Positions 25,012 to 38,680 of a DNA stretch of 64,000 nt are shown in pieces (the first letter of the stretch is position 1; the number at the start of each line of letters is the position of its first letter). Source of the stretch: Nymphaea colorata. Its lineage: Eukaryota. Position numbers and translations under genes: made by a program. The stretch is taken from positions 28,458,001-28,522,000 of the forward strand of contig NC_045138.2 of assembly GCF_008831285.2 (NCBI RefSeq). The letters are read 5' to 3'. Under the pieces are notes generated by a model that worked only from the letters and a program-made list of their open reading frames with translations, made no database searches and was not told where the DNA came from.

Positions 25012-26296
25012 AGGCAATAGTGTAAGGATCATTTGGTAGGTCGGCATATGTCAATGAGAAATTTCAGACATTATGGTTGTCTTAATGTAAATATCCACTT
25101 AAGTGATTGCATTTTGGGATATCACGTCATTTAATATGGTATGAGTTTTTTATAATATAGATACTTGTACGCAATTATAAATTCTTTGATGGGTTGAATC
25201 CGTAATTGCTCATAATATAAAAGGGTAATGGTCCTTGGGGTCGTGTACGGTTGCTTGAAACATTGCTTTGTAGTATTGTCTCTTCCCCATCTGAGAGAAA
25301 TCGCACGTACTCTGCACAGACCCTTGAAGATCCTACTGTGATCTCACCAACCGGTTGATCAGATGGATTCAAGTACGCTTCTGCCACAGTTAAAGTTTTG
25401 ATTCAATGATTTAGCATGAATCCTATTTAGGGCATATTCGTTTTTGTGTATGCATGAGGAAATCTCTCATTCAATGGTATCAGAGCTTATGTTCATTGTT
25501 GAATCATTTTTTTTTTTGTTAATTGATGAAGCATCCGTACAAATTTTTGGATGTGTCTCTTATATTTTTTTTCTCGGGGGGAGGGGGGGGGGGGGGGGGG
25601 GGGCTGACGGTGGTGGTTTCGCGATTGTTGTGGCTGCCGCCTTCTTCACCATCCGTCTCTCTCTCTCTCACCACCACGGTGGAAGGAGGCCGCGACGTCA
25701 CCATCCATGAATGCTGCTATGGCCATCGGCGGAGGAGCAGTGTCTCCATGGAGAGGAAACGAAGAGCTGGAAACGATGCTGCAAACCCTCACGCGGTAGG
25801 CGGTCGGACCTAGGTCTGGTCGGGTCATGACAGACCTGACTCGGATCCATAAGAATTAAAAAAAAATTGCCGCCGCCTGAGACCATTTGCGATATAATGA
25901 CTTCGGATCCGGGTCGGGTCATGTCGGACCCGACCCGTATCCGTACGATTTAAATTTTGAAAATACGGCTCTTTCATATCCGGTCGGGTCATGTCGGACC
26001 CGACCCGTATCCATATAGTTTAAATTTTGAAAATACGGTTCTTTCATATCTGGATTGGGTCATGTCAGACCCGACCCATATCCATACGGTTTAAACTTTG
26101 TAAAACAGTTTTTTTTTTTAAATTTTTTAAACCGATTCTGAAGAGAATCGAACCGCTTCATTCGGTTTAAGACCGATTTAATTCGATTCAGAACCGGTTT
26201 GTACTTTTCTGAGCCGATTCAGTTCAATTTTAAAACGGACCCTTTTCAAATCGATTCAATTGATTTTCAAACCGATTCGGGGCTTTTCAGACTGGT
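25012..26296 (+). mobile_element. Remnant of another LTR retrotransposon (LTR 3' part, PBS and 5' leader with tandem repeats), possibly Angela-type copia
   Basis: ...attCA at 25473 is followed by PBS tggtatcagagc (25475-25486). A U5-like gattcaagtacgcttctgc motif lies near 25366. The GC-rich leader ends abruptly at the TYDC pseudogene. The lineage call is an inference. Confidence 0.6.
25905..26100. repeat. Tandem repeat of about 70 bp x3, each unit with an internal palindrome
   Basis: Units start at about 25911, 25981 and 26051: ggtcgggtc-atgtcg-gacccgaccc-gtatcc...tttaaattttgaaaatacgg. Confidence 0.85.
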
Positions 26297-27170
26297 TCAC
26301 ACATAGGCACTCGCTGCATAAGCTGCATCAACATGCACCCACACCCCGAACTCCTTAGCCACCCGAGTTAGCGGTTTGATGGGGTCAACCGCCATGGATG
26401 ATGTAGTCCCTACCATAGCACACAAGAACAATGGGACAAGACCAGACTTTGTGTCCTCAGCCATTGCATGCCGGACTGATTCCGGTGACAAAGCGAAGTT
26501 TGTTGCCCTCGATGTGGCCACAGCCCTAAAGTTGACGATACCGGCAATTTGACAAGCCTTTTTTGAAGCACAATGGGTTTGGTCGGAGTTGTAGACCACC
26601 AGCTTGACTATGTCGTGCTTCCCAACTTGCTCAAGTGCCCTGTCCCTGGCTGCAACCAAGGTGCACAAGATCGCCTCACAAGTTGTTCCTTGGAGCACTC
26701 CTCCTCCTCCAGTAGTGTCGTTGCCGGAAAACAAGAAAGAATCCGGCAAACTGAGCATCCTGCCGAGGCAGTCCATGTCAATAGACTCAAGCTCCATGGC
26801 TGCTGGCGACGACATCCAGTTGAACCCAACCACATTGATCACCTATGAACCCCGTTGTGCTCCCACTGGAGGGAAAGTAAGCAAAGTAGTTAGGACTCTG
26901 CCAATGAGTTATCCCCGGGATGATATCCTTAACCACGTCCTTAAGTATGGTATCAATTGACTCGGGATTGTCAGGGGCCGAGTCAGGCAAGCATTTGCGG
27001 AGGTAACCTGGTTCAACTTGGCTGAGAACTGGGTATTTCGCAACATCCCGGTAGTAGTCAGCCAAAAAATCAACCACACGGTGGGCTTGCTTTCTAAACT
27101 CCTCAGGGCCTATGAGCTTGTTTGATACAAATTGGCTTTGAAGTGGGTCTTCTAATTGGTGGCTCCCCAT
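26297..27170 (-). pseudogene. Recent TYDC duplicate, frameshifted and 3'-truncated
   Basis: Nearly colinear with the intact gene from the ATG to HVDAAYA. A 17-nt deletion (agccaatgcttagcatt) near 26838 shifts the frame, and the copy is truncated before NAHKW. Upstream 27171-~27757 matches 9203-~9796. Confidence 0.93.
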
Positions 27171-28788
27171 TTGGAAACAGTAGTAGCAGATGGGTGGTTT
27201 CCTAGACAGGGGGAAGAAGACGACGATACAGCAGCAAGGACGTTAACGATGCAATGCGTTGGTCGGAGGGTTTGGTGTATATTTGAGGAGCTAAGTAGGT
27301 GGGTTTATATAGAAGTGTAAAAAAAAAGGTGGTCGGTGACCGATGATGATCCCCTCCTCATCATGGAAAACGTGCATAAGAGTAGAAAAATTTAGAATTA
27401 GATGAACTCATAGCTAGAAGAAACATATTATTCATCATATTTGGGAGGGATCACCAACGAGTCAAGTAAACATATTGTTTATCTTATTTCTTGGGAAGCA
27501 CCCACTTACATGCTATTTAACCTCTTGATAAAGCACATTCTTTATCTTTGTTTGGAGGTGCTAACAGCTAGTCTAGAAGAAAAAGACTAATTGGAAGACG
27601 GTAGATGCAATTTCATGTCTTCGTTGAAAGATTTTTTGTTTCCTTTTTTTTATAAAAAAAACTGTTTTACGGACCATGGGACCTACCCTAGAAGCATATT
27701 GATTTTGTCTTTTACGAGAAAAAATAATGTATTCTTCAATGGCTCGATCCGTTTAAAATTAAACCAACAAATTTGTCTTCTTTATTATTCTTTATTACAA
27801 GCAACAGATTATTATTGTTTGTGACCATTATCTTTTCTCTCTCTCTTCTCTGTGTTCTTAGTGGCGGCGTCTGGCAACACTGAGCACTCTCTCATCACTC
27901 TATTCATTTGCTCCAAATTTGACATGTCTTCCCCTAGTGTTTGGAGAAGTTCCATCTCTCACACATCTCCCTCTCACTTTTGTTGTGACCTGCTTTCCAC
28001 CATTTCACTTTTCCTCCGCCTTGATAACTTCCTGTCGTTTGCATTCCATTCCTAGCCTCTTTCACCTTTTCGAGGTTTCACTTTTTCTTCTTGCTACCTG
28101 GCTTCCTTTGGTTCTTTCGTGGCGTCGCTCCCACCCCGATTCCTTTGGTCTCCTGGTCCTTCTCCTCGTATCATTGCTTTTGTTTGGCTTCTTCTGACCA
28201 CATCAACACTTTTAACCACTTGTAGCGCATTGGCATCAGTTTAGTTAACCAGTGTTCTCTCTGGCTCACCGCGACCGAGTTTCGGGTCCACATTTTTACC
28301 TTTTGCCTTGTCTTCTTTATTGTTCTTACCTCTGCCTACCCTTCCCTTGTTAGTAGTCTTTCAGACCCGCATTCCATTCGTTTTTTTTTCTCTTATGTCA
28401 TTCCCTCCACTTGGCTGTTTTTGGGGGTCGTGTTTGGAGGTTGTGACTCATTTCAGCTTGGTGGTGCATTTGGGAAGAGCGCAACAACAAGGTCTTCAGG
28501 GTCACCTTCTCTTTGCCGGAGTTTGTGACTCGTCTTGTGTAGGGGGATGTCCATTTTGCCATTCGACTGCGGCGACGTCCTCCTTTTGCAGCAGGGTGAT
28601 GATGCCGTTCTGGCCTTCCACTCTCTTTTCACCCCTCTTATTTCGTTTTTTTGTGAGTTGTATTGTATATTTCATCTTTTGCTTCCGTCTTGCAGTTTGT
28701 TACTGTAACTAGATGGCTTATTATTCCTAATTTTTGTAACTAGAGGATTTCTTATCCTTAAATTTTGATATACATTCTCATTTTATCG

Positions 28789-28929
<141 letters not shown>

Positions 28930-31469
28930 ACTTTACCTTTTTAAAGTCATCTAACCATTTAAAAAACATCCATCCATATTAAAAAATCAAAGAAAAAAAA
29001 TATGTATTTTCAGAATTTAGCTTATATTTTTTTTTCTCAGCTACCCTCTTTTTTAGATGGTTGGGTAACTTGGATAACCCCAATTTTCATTTATAATATA
29101 TATATATATATATAAGTCGAGCCAACTTAGGCTGGACTCAAACTCACTTGAGTAAACCCGACTCAAGCTATACAAGTTGAGCTCGAGCTTAAATATAGGT
29201 TCGATTATATTATTGAGTTGAGTTAGAGTTGGTTTGGACTTGATTCAATTAAACTCGACTGGGCGCAGTTCAGCTTTTTGTTTTCTTTGTTAAATTTTAC
29301 AAGCTTTTCATTATTTTTTAGTTTTTCTTTGTTCACGGAACTTTTTTTCATTTCCACCATTTCTTTCATTTTTTACCTTTTTCATGCAATTTTTAAGTTT
29401 TTCTTCTTCTTTTTTCTCTTCACCCAGGCTTCCTCTCATCCTCATCATTACACGTTACTCTTTTCAATCAATGTCATTCATTTTGCCTATCTTTTTTTCT
29501 TTCTCACTCACGCTCCTCCTTTATTCATTGTTTTCCCTTATCATCGTTTCTCTCATCCCTCCTTCCCTCCTCTTTTTTACCACGGAAGCCCTTTTTCCTT
29601 CACCTCCCATCCTCTAATGATAATATATGGCATTGGCATTAGCTGTGGTGAGCTCTCAAAAGCCTTATTGCTGGAGGAGTGAGGGTTTTGATTTTAATGA
29701 GTTTCATTGGTTCGCTACTTTGAACCCTCGCTTGAGCTGTTCAAAACCAAAAAGGCTTGCACGAGCTTGGACTCCGAGCACATAACCGTCGCTCGCTCTA
29801 GGGCCATACTCATTCAGGGTTTTAAGTTTTTTGAAGTTAATTTCAACTCGCTCGGCGAGTTTGTCGTTTTTTGGCCGAAAATTATGGTAAAGATGACTGT
29901 AGATGCAGAGTCGGCGGCAGATCGAAGGCTCGGCCGACAAACGTTGAACTCAACGCCAAAATGGATAACCACGTGGGTGCCTCTACGAGTTAAGCAAGAG
30001 CCCGACCTCACCGGAGGGGCGTTTACCACCGACGCCTATAGACACGCTCCCAGCTTCTACCTCGAGGGGACACCTGTTCTTGCCCTGAACTGCCTTTTTC
30101 TTGAAAGGCCCCTACACAGAATATGCACCTAACTCATGACTAAGCTTCCAAGGGATCGTCTTAATATAGATTTATGGGATACTAAAACAACGTTTGTGTA
30201 TGCACCCTCGAAACATATCGTCATTTTTTTGAAACAAAAAAAAGCTCGTACTATAATATTCAAATGAAAGAAATGACATCTGATCGAATTCGAATTGAGA
30301 TATATATAAATATTCTATCAGGTTCAGACTTGGATTAAATTTAGCTTTAAATAAATATTCTACATTGAGTACTCTTATATTTTAAAAATTGGAGAGTTTG
30401 GTCAAAATTCAGCCAGATTCAGATTATGAAATCAGATTTCAGATTCAGATTCTAATATGACTCTTCTTTGTTCTTATTCGAGACCAAATATGTAAACATA
30501 TGAAAAAAATGGATATGGTTAAAGGTACATTTGGTTTGAATTTGATCTGTTGATATCTATATATATCCACAAGCTGATGTGGATATATGGCAGGCTTTAG
30601 CTTCGCCGGTAGCCTAATGCCAAACTTCTAACCAAAATCCAAGCTTTAGTCGGATCGATCTTATGGATACCTATGTAGAAAAGATTTTCATTTCAATCAT
30701 TTTTGTTTTCGGTTCAAACTAATCGACCTGTTTAGAATCAAACAACCATGTTCTAGATGACAGATTGGCTGGGCAGAAGAATTCACATGCCCTCTGTGTA
30801 CATGGTGGTCTACTTTTCTGCAAATTATGAAAGCTATATGTGGACGCAATCTATACAATCGAACTGTATTAATCAATACATTAGTTGAATAAGAGGTACT
30901 TTCATTGGTCCAACATGGTATTAAGTGTACAAATGCAACTAGAACATTAATGAACTTTCATTATATGAGTAATGTGTACGACAATGGCCCTCTGCTGCAA
31001 GTACAAAGTTCGGAGTGGCCTGCCTTTCCTTCACTCTGAACTTCACTTTTTATCCTTTCGAATAATTTTCAACCATAGGAAGTCTGTTTTTACCACTACC
31101 TCTTCCTCAATTTGGAGTACATCAGACGCTTTTGGAAGTAATTACTTGGCTTGTGTTTGTTGAACCTGCAGCAAAACGACAACTCACAACAACAAAACGG
31201 GAGAGACAAAGAGATTAGATTGAAGAACAACTGTGAGTGCATCATTTTTGGGTTTGCTGAAAGGAGCCCTCTACTTGATCTTGTAGTCATCAAAGATCAC
31301 AATTCATACAGAGTGGATGACTTTTAACGTGGAAGTTTCTCCTACGTATAGAGGAAATTTTTCCTTTCAATGTGTGAGTCAGTGTTGCTGGAAAATCTTT
31401 AAAAAATGAAAAGATCATCGACTTTGGAATACCAAGTAAAAAATCCGCAATCAACACTAACAAAGGGCA

Positions 31470-31600
31470 GAGGATGTACTTATTCGTGTTGGATATAGAG
31501 CTGTTACTATCTTGTCAGTGGCAAATCAAAGCTGAGTTATGTTAATGGCAAGATCAGGCAGCTGCATGCATGCCCCAATGACTGGGCAATTGGAGAACGG
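31470..31600 (+). mobile_element. Small copia gag remnant
   Basis: Frameshifted ...RAVTIL.SGKSKLSYVNGKIR resembles WSKAVTQFLSGKSKLRYIDG in the gag of the element at 20142-25006. Confidence 0.55.
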
Positions 31601-31847
31601 GAATATAAGAATCGTCCACAAGTATACGCTTAAGGAAAAATGAAGAGGGATTGGAGTATTTGTAAAATTTTTTATAAGGTAATGCCCATTTTAAACATTT
31701 TCTTACTTTTTCAAAACTTTTTTTTATCATTGTAGTTTATTTTTTAAAACTTTTAAACAACGGTATCCTGGTCATTGCACCAACGGGGTGTACACAAGTT
31801 TTCGTGCACAAGGAGGAATGTTAGGAGTCGAGTTTTCGGGGGCACGG

Positions 31848-32330
31848 TAGGTTATGTTGTGCTTCCCAACTTGGTCAAGTGCTTGAACTTTGGAAGATAT
31901 TGCCTCATAAGTCTGTTCCTTGGAGAACGAAGCCTCCTCCTTCATCTGCCGGATCACTGGAAAAAAAGAGAAAGAATCCAGCAAATTAATCATCCCCACA
32001 AGCAAGCAAGTCCATTACTAAGGACTCGAGCCAAGTGGCAACAAGCGAAGCCACTAGCGGAGCTACAAATTTTGGCTGGTGGAGGCACTAGTTCAATAAC
32101 GAAGGCACTTACTTATATATATAAACAACCAAATATATGAAATTATTAAAACAAAATTACCTAAAGTTTTGTGGCTCTGCCCTGGATGTGACTCTGCCCC
32201 TGGTTGAAGTAAGTGGTTAACTAACATTTCCCCAACTGCGGGTTTCAGGGGTTTGCTTGATACAAAACTGGCTTTGAAGTGCGTCTTCTAATTGGCAACT
32301 CGGCAGTTGCAGAAGATGGGTGGTTGCTTA
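31848..32330 (-). pseudogene. Highly eroded TYDC fragments split by a MITE-like insert (~32050-32185)
   Basis: 32250-32330 matches the TYDC 5' end (QLEDALQSQFCIK-like, plus the ccacccatct leader). 31848-32000 reads GMINLLDSFSF...EQTYEAI...ALDQVGKHNI. Confidence 0.72.
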
Positions 32331-33263
32331 CAACGAGAGGAAGCTGGACTGCAGCTGTAAAGACGTTGGCAATGCAATTAATGGCTTCTTGAAAGCTTGG
32401 TTTATGCATCAAAAGTTAGGGTGGATCATATAGTGGACACAGAAGTAATGTGGGAGTAAAATTAACTATAATCATGAAAGAGATTGACTGATGAAACAAG
32501 AAAACCTGCATAACCTGGAGCAAGGGCCCAAGCATATAAATTAGTTAGTTTCCACATATAAACAAGAATATATATATATATATATATATATATGGCAATT
32601 TTTATATTCGAATATATGAGAGGATTCATGTCCATATGAAAAGCTAGCGGTTAAACTTCATTCTTTTTGTACCACTTGACTCATGGTTTGTTTGATTAAA
32701 ACTTCATTTTTTTTTTGTACCAGTTGGCTCTGGTTTGTTTGGTTAAAACTTCATTCTTTTTGTACGTAACTTTTGCAAAGAATTAATATTAGTTTGTTGT
32801 CCGTTTACCATTCGATACCTATCGCCGAGAACCACCACCAAGGCAGGGGGAATATGAGTTTTCCGGCCATTTTTCGGACAATAGGATGTAATCTTCTCTC
32901 GCTCACCTAGACGGGACAATGGTGAATACGGGCCTTTTTTTTAGACGATGTTTGTAAAGTTCATCAGAACCATGAGGCCCACATTTAAGGCCATGGTAAC
33001 AAGGAAAGGAAATGAAACGCATAATTTCTCTGTGTTGGTGCGGAGCTTGTCATATATAGTTTGGTTAGAAGGCGCGTTTGAGTGGTTTCAGAAGGTGAGT
33101 TTGAGAATTAATCTGCTCGGTTCGGACGTCGGCTTAAAAAAGTGGAAACTTGGATTTGGTCTGTTGTACAAAATCCAAACTGTTCGCATCCGAAGCCGCA
33201 GTTTCGGTGGGGGGAGGAGGAGAGACGAGAAGGCTGCGTTCGTGAACAGGGGAGACAGAAAAA

Positions 33264-36200
33264 ATGGAGCATCGAAGGCCACCGAAAAGGGGGAGACCTT
33301 CCTCCTTTGGCCCCAGAATTGCAGAATCAGACGATCTCCCCAGGTAACCGAAAAATTTCTCTGTTCCTTGGTTTTCATGGTTTCTGATGCATTTACCTTT
33401 TAATGGGGAGGACTTTTTTATGGAGAAAATGGTCTAAGCAGAACGTGATTTTTAGCTTAGGAAGAAAACGACTTTTGTACATGGCAAGATGAACATGATG
33501 TGTATGTGCTTGTTACTCGAGCTATCTTGGTTGCCACGGTCCGGCAACAGTGGCCCGTTTCTGCACTTACCTAGAAGTTTCATGGCCCTAATAGCATGGC
33601 TTCTACTTCTGTTCATCAGTTCACAGAGATGCCCACAAGGTTGCCTAATTTTTTATGCGCATGATGAGGATACTGTTGCACTATTAAGTCCTTTAGCTTG
33701 CTATCTAGAGGGAAGGCTGGTTTTCTTGCCTCGAAAGAGGAAGCTTTGGTTTCTAACCTCTTGGAGGTGATCAACCCACCACCACCAGGAAGTTTAGGTT
33801 GAATCATGGTTATTGGAATCACTTCTAGAGTAATAAGTGAGGATCCGTATTCCTGGAAATTGGAAGCGGAATCCGTACCATGACCATAAATAAGCTGAAT
33901 TCCTGTCATGGGGATCCCAATTCCCTTGTCCTTTTGCTTTTAGGTTGTTCTTGAATATCTTGTGCTCTATTGTTCAAAATTCTTGCGTAGTTATGTCAAG
34001 TTGTAAAATTTTTGTATGCCAACATATCATTCTCATTATTGCTTTCCACCCATTGAAGACTACCCAAGTCTGCCAAAATGTTGAAATGACTGCCTCTCAA
34101 TCCTGTTCTGCTCTGTGATTCTCACTCTGGCATGGTTTGGGTAGGGACCTGTTCATGTTGCATGTCGTCAAACGGGGTTTTCTTCCTTGAGTTTGCCTAA
34201 AATCGATAAAAGCATAGAATTCGTTCAAACAGTGAAATCGTTCTTGAAACAGTGAATGAGTAAAATAATACTTCAAGGCTTGTCGAATGGATACTGCTTA
34301 GGTCTACTGTATGTGCTCAGGTAGATGCAGGGGAGAGTGGAATCGGAGAAAAATTGGTTCTTCCTTCTAACATTCACACTGTGCATACAAGTTGTATCTT
34401 GGAACTCATGCCTGTCAAGTCAGACCTTATAGGTGTATTTAACATTGATCCATTCTGTTAGCTGTGAACTCTTACATCATATTTTTATGACGAAAATGCA
34501 GTTTCTTAAGAATAAAGTTCATTGCCAGCAGTTGATTCTTGAAACTCCTCACGCCATAAATGAATGATTTAGTAGTGGATTCCTACTAAACAAATGATTT
34601 GTTAGCATCCACGTAATCATATTCAAAGAACAATGTGAGAAAGTGAGAAATTTGTTAGGCCTGTGCCCTCCTATCGGTAGAAGGAGCTGATCCCTCTTCA
34701 AACGGACAAGCAAAAGTGTGTTCTCTTTGAATCTCGTTATTACAAGATTTGACTGTGGGACCTGCTACCTTTTCCAGGGATTCAAATGGAAGTAGTCTAG
34801 AATAAACATGCCTTAACTGAAAATCTTGCTGTTCCATTTTATGATGCAACATTTAGAGCTTCTGTAGCCCATGCAGAGATTCATTCTGAGGCACTTTCTT
34901 GTACAATGTACAGCTGAAAAATGCAGCTACTAATACTATTTCTTGCTGTTTAGCTCAAGCCATTTGTCCGTGTGTCTGAATGTGCTTATGAGGTCGTAAG
35001 CTTTAAACATCAAGAAATACTTGTGGAATTTTTTTAGGTTTTCTTCCCAGTAAGGTCTACAGATGACCGATGGAGGGTCCAACAATTTGACAATGCCTAC
35101 ATCATAACTCCGTGACCGGCACACCTGTTTCCTTCATCATCCAACTTGAATCAGGTGGCCCCTTCAAGGGAGCAAGATCTGAATACTAATAACTTGCTAG
35201 CTTTTGTTGCATATGATATTTAGGATCATATCTCTTTATGATTCATGAACTCATGTAGCACTCTTTAAGGATCAAATACTCTTTGTCTCTTTTGGGGGAT
35301 ATGGAGTACATATTTCTTTTTCTACTGAAAGTTTCTAGCCTTTGGAAACTTCTAGCCTTTGGAAAGGTTCATTCTATTATCAGAAATATTACTTTCGGGT
35401 TTTAATTGGTGAGGGTAGTGTCGGGTATTAATTGGAAAGTATTGCTTTTCTTCAAAATCTTGAGAATCCACAGAATGAAAATTATGATAGAAAAATAATA
35501 GAGGAAATGATGAAATTATGGGTTTTCTACTACTTTTCTTACAAAAATATTGATAATAATCTGAGATAGTTATTAAAATGTTAAAAAGATACCAATAAAA
35601 TTCAAATATATTTAAAGATGTTTGCTTGAAAATTTGAAATTCTCACCTAAATCACACAATATTTTCATTTTGGTGATATTTTCAAAATGTTATCATAAGT
35701 TCCTTTTCTTGTTTCAGTGTTTTGGTGTTTTTTATCGCTATATTTTGAAAATAATTCTTACCTTTGTGACAATGGTTTTTCCAAGGCAATTATTGTACAG
35801 CTCAAGGGCAGGGTACCTTCTACATGAGGAATGACTAGGCGAAGTGAAATCACCTCTAACTTTTTCAGACATCGTGAACTTTTGGTAGGATTTGGATCAT
35901 CTTCCCCTTACAAGTTTCATTCCTCTGCAGAATTGCCTGTACGACAACTAACGCAGCCATAATGCATCATAAGATTCACAACAAGCATGACTCTGCAGTA
36001 TGTTCCTGGATGTTTCTTTCTGAGTTTCTTTCTTAACTTGTTCTGTTGTTCCCATCACCTGTTTCTTTGTTATCCACAATTTCAATTTTCATTTTTAATG
36101 ATACATTAACAGGGACCTCCGTCACAACAAGCAAAAGCAAGCCATGCTCAACTGGCAAAGCTATCTGCCATTGAAGAAGCTTGGAAAGACGGTTGCACTG

Positions 36201-36280
36201 GAAGCTTCAAGAGTTTTGATTCTGAGTTTGGTAACTTTCTTGTGCCCGTGATTCCTACTCTGGATGTCCTAAGGAAGTAG
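33264..36280 (+). CDS. Small three-exon gene of unknown function, about 104 aa; exons 33264-33343, 35931-35997, 36113-36280
   Basis: ATG in a good context (aaaaATGG), donor CAG|GTAACC, acceptor tctgcAG and donor GCA|GTATGT, then acceptor ttaacAG. Phases 2 and 0 join without a stop: MEHRRPPKRGRPSSFGPRIAESDDLPRIACTTTNAAIMHHKIHNKHDSAGPPSQQAKASHAQLAKLSAIEEAWKDGCTGSFKSFDSEFGNFLVPVIPTLDVLRK*. Additional exons in the 2.6-kb first intron cannot be excluded. Confidence 0.7.
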
Positions 36281-37069
36281 AGGAAAGACTCTTGTTCGTC
36301 TCAGTTAGCTGCTTCATGGAGTTGACATGAGGACAAAAAGGTTGTTGACATTCAACTCTACTTTCAGTGCGTTGGTTTTCTACAATACAAGCTTAAAAGT
36401 TTGCTAATCATAATGTCCTGGCATCGTCGCTCAAGAATTGCCATTTCAAGATGGGAAAGAGGCTTTGTCATTCTCAGATTAAGTACAAAACTATGTCTGT
36501 AAGTGAATGCATACATATTTCAGCAGTTGGTCTTAGAAATGTAAGTGTTGCAATTCTCTTCGATCTCGCTTTCAGTGTAGGTCCTGGCCAGGACCCTGTA
36601 TTTCGTGAGAAGATGTTGTGCTTTCACTGTCTCATCAGTAACTTCAAGACCATTTTAAGCAGAAAATAGTAATCCATCCTGCAACAAGCATATCAATCAT
36701 CCCACTAAGAGATGTTCAGGGCAAGATCCTGCGACATGCACCTTTGATCAGCTTGTTCTTGACATCAGCTTCGCTGTTTATGTCTTGGAATGTCAGGAAA
36801 AATTGGTTCAACTTATGGGATATAAAATGTAATCTTACCCCTCTAGAATCTAGATGAGAACTTTTCCAGGAAGAAGAAATTTCTTACCGAAGAAAAGAAC
36901 GGTAGCGTGACGTGATATGTGATCATCATCATCCATGACAACATCATCTTTATCCTCATCAGAAAACCACCATCATTCGAAAGGTCTATAAAGAACAAAT
37001 TCATACATATTGTTCTACATTTTGAAAGTCATTGCAAGCTCTTTTACAAGTCTACATAACCTTTGACAA

Positions 37070-37101
<32 letters not shown>

Positions 37102-38569
37102 GTGGATATCGAACTTCTGTATTTCAAAAAACAATACTTGAATAATTAAGCTTTATCTCTTACGCAATTGGTGTGGTTTTTATCGAGAGTCGCTAATTTC
37201 GAGACCCGAGATACATGATCCGGTTCTGCGTGTACCAGATAGGATCGAACCGGATCCGTTTATTGTTGGAGAAACGTCGTGACCGTGAAGAGTCAAATTT
37301 GGACGTGGGTGGGAGCGTTTGCGTGATGATCTTTTTTATTCTTCACCACCACGTGGCATCTACGTGGACGTGCGTGTTCCTGAAAGCTCACTTCCTAACC
37401 AAAAATGCCCTTACTGAAACTCAAATATTATTCACCGCTTCATTGTTCATGGTTGTGGGCGGCGACGGTGAAACGGTCATTTTGCCATAACAAAGACAAT
37501 CGAAACCTCTTGGTGGTCGCGGTTGTCGTCGACTTCGGTTGTGATTATCCTTTAGTCTCTATTTGTTAAATTTTTCGTCGTTGAGAAATAGGAGGCGTAT
37601 TTTCTCATATCTATCTTTTCAAATATCTATGTATTCATATCCGAAATTGACATTCGAATTCATAATGCGAATCTGATTTTGATTGGTTTTTTATATTAAT
37701 ATCTAAATCTGAATCTGATTTTTCAACCGAATTCAAACCATACCAAGACTTTGTGTATCATAAATTTATTTAAAACTATAGCCAATCCAAATCCTCTCAA
37801 TATTTACTTAAATCAGAATCCAATCAGATGTCATTTCTAAGAAGAGAAATATCTCTCTCCAAATCTTTAGGAATGATGAGTTTTGAAGTCTGTCTATTAT
37901 ACTTCAACATCAGAAGGGAACTTGAACTTGCTTTGGAAGAACTTTATCAGACGAATACTTGTATTATTCTCATCTTTTGTTAGGTAAGAAACGTGGAATA
38001 GCTTTTTGAAGTAAATCCAAAACCAAAATTCAACTGCATGGTTCTCTAGAAATGCATGTTTCTGGAAAAAAAAAAAGTCTGAAACACATGTATTGTGTTA
38101 ATAAAGCATCTTATGGATCCACAGAGATTGGATCAAGAACTTGGATCGCGCAGATTATAAGGTTTTGAAATTTGAACCAAACTTCCATAGACCTACCATT
38201 CTTATTTCTCTTTTTTTGGGTGAGCAAGAGGTTATCCCACCACCTAAATGCAAGCCGAAGCTCCTTGTTCCTCTTGCCTCGAGGACCTGCATCGCTACCA
38301 ATGGGTATTCTTATTCCTCCTTTGAAAAATTGAAGCCAATGTAAATTTATCTAGCTTTCATCAAATTTGGATTGGCAGTTCATCCTCATAATCTTCACAA
38401 TCTAAAGTTTTTCCACGCCATCGTAGCCAATCAAGGGCTCACAACGGCCTTGACACCACCTCAATTTTTTTTTTAATTTTAACACTTGTCTTATATACAA
38501 ATGTTGAGAAATAATATTTCGTTTCGTGTCAAAATTTAAAAACTTTAATTTGTCCCTCCTCATAAAAAA

Positions 38570-38680
38570 AACTTAAAACTTATGACTTTGACCCTGCACG
38601 CCATGCATGTAATATTAAACGATCAACTTAAAACTTATGACTTCGACCCTGCACGCCATGCATTTAGTATTAAACGATCA
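38570..38680. repeat. 55-bp tandem duplication
   Basis: aacttaaaacttatgactt(t/c)gaccctgcacgccatgcat...attaaacgatc x2. Confidence 0.85.

Noticed and set aside
25905..26100. CRISPR-like appearance of palindromic repeats
   Set aside because: The intervening sequences are also repeated rather than unique spacers, the context is eukaryotic, and there are no cas genes.
29707..30132. 141-aa ORF
   Set aside because: Non-ATG start, no recognisable domain, repeat-like surroundings.
32948..33403. 151-aa ORF duplicated at 19845-20114
   Set aside because: Its start and 5' part are not conserved in the duplicate. The region is better explained as the upstream sequence and exon 1 of the spliced small gene in another frame.
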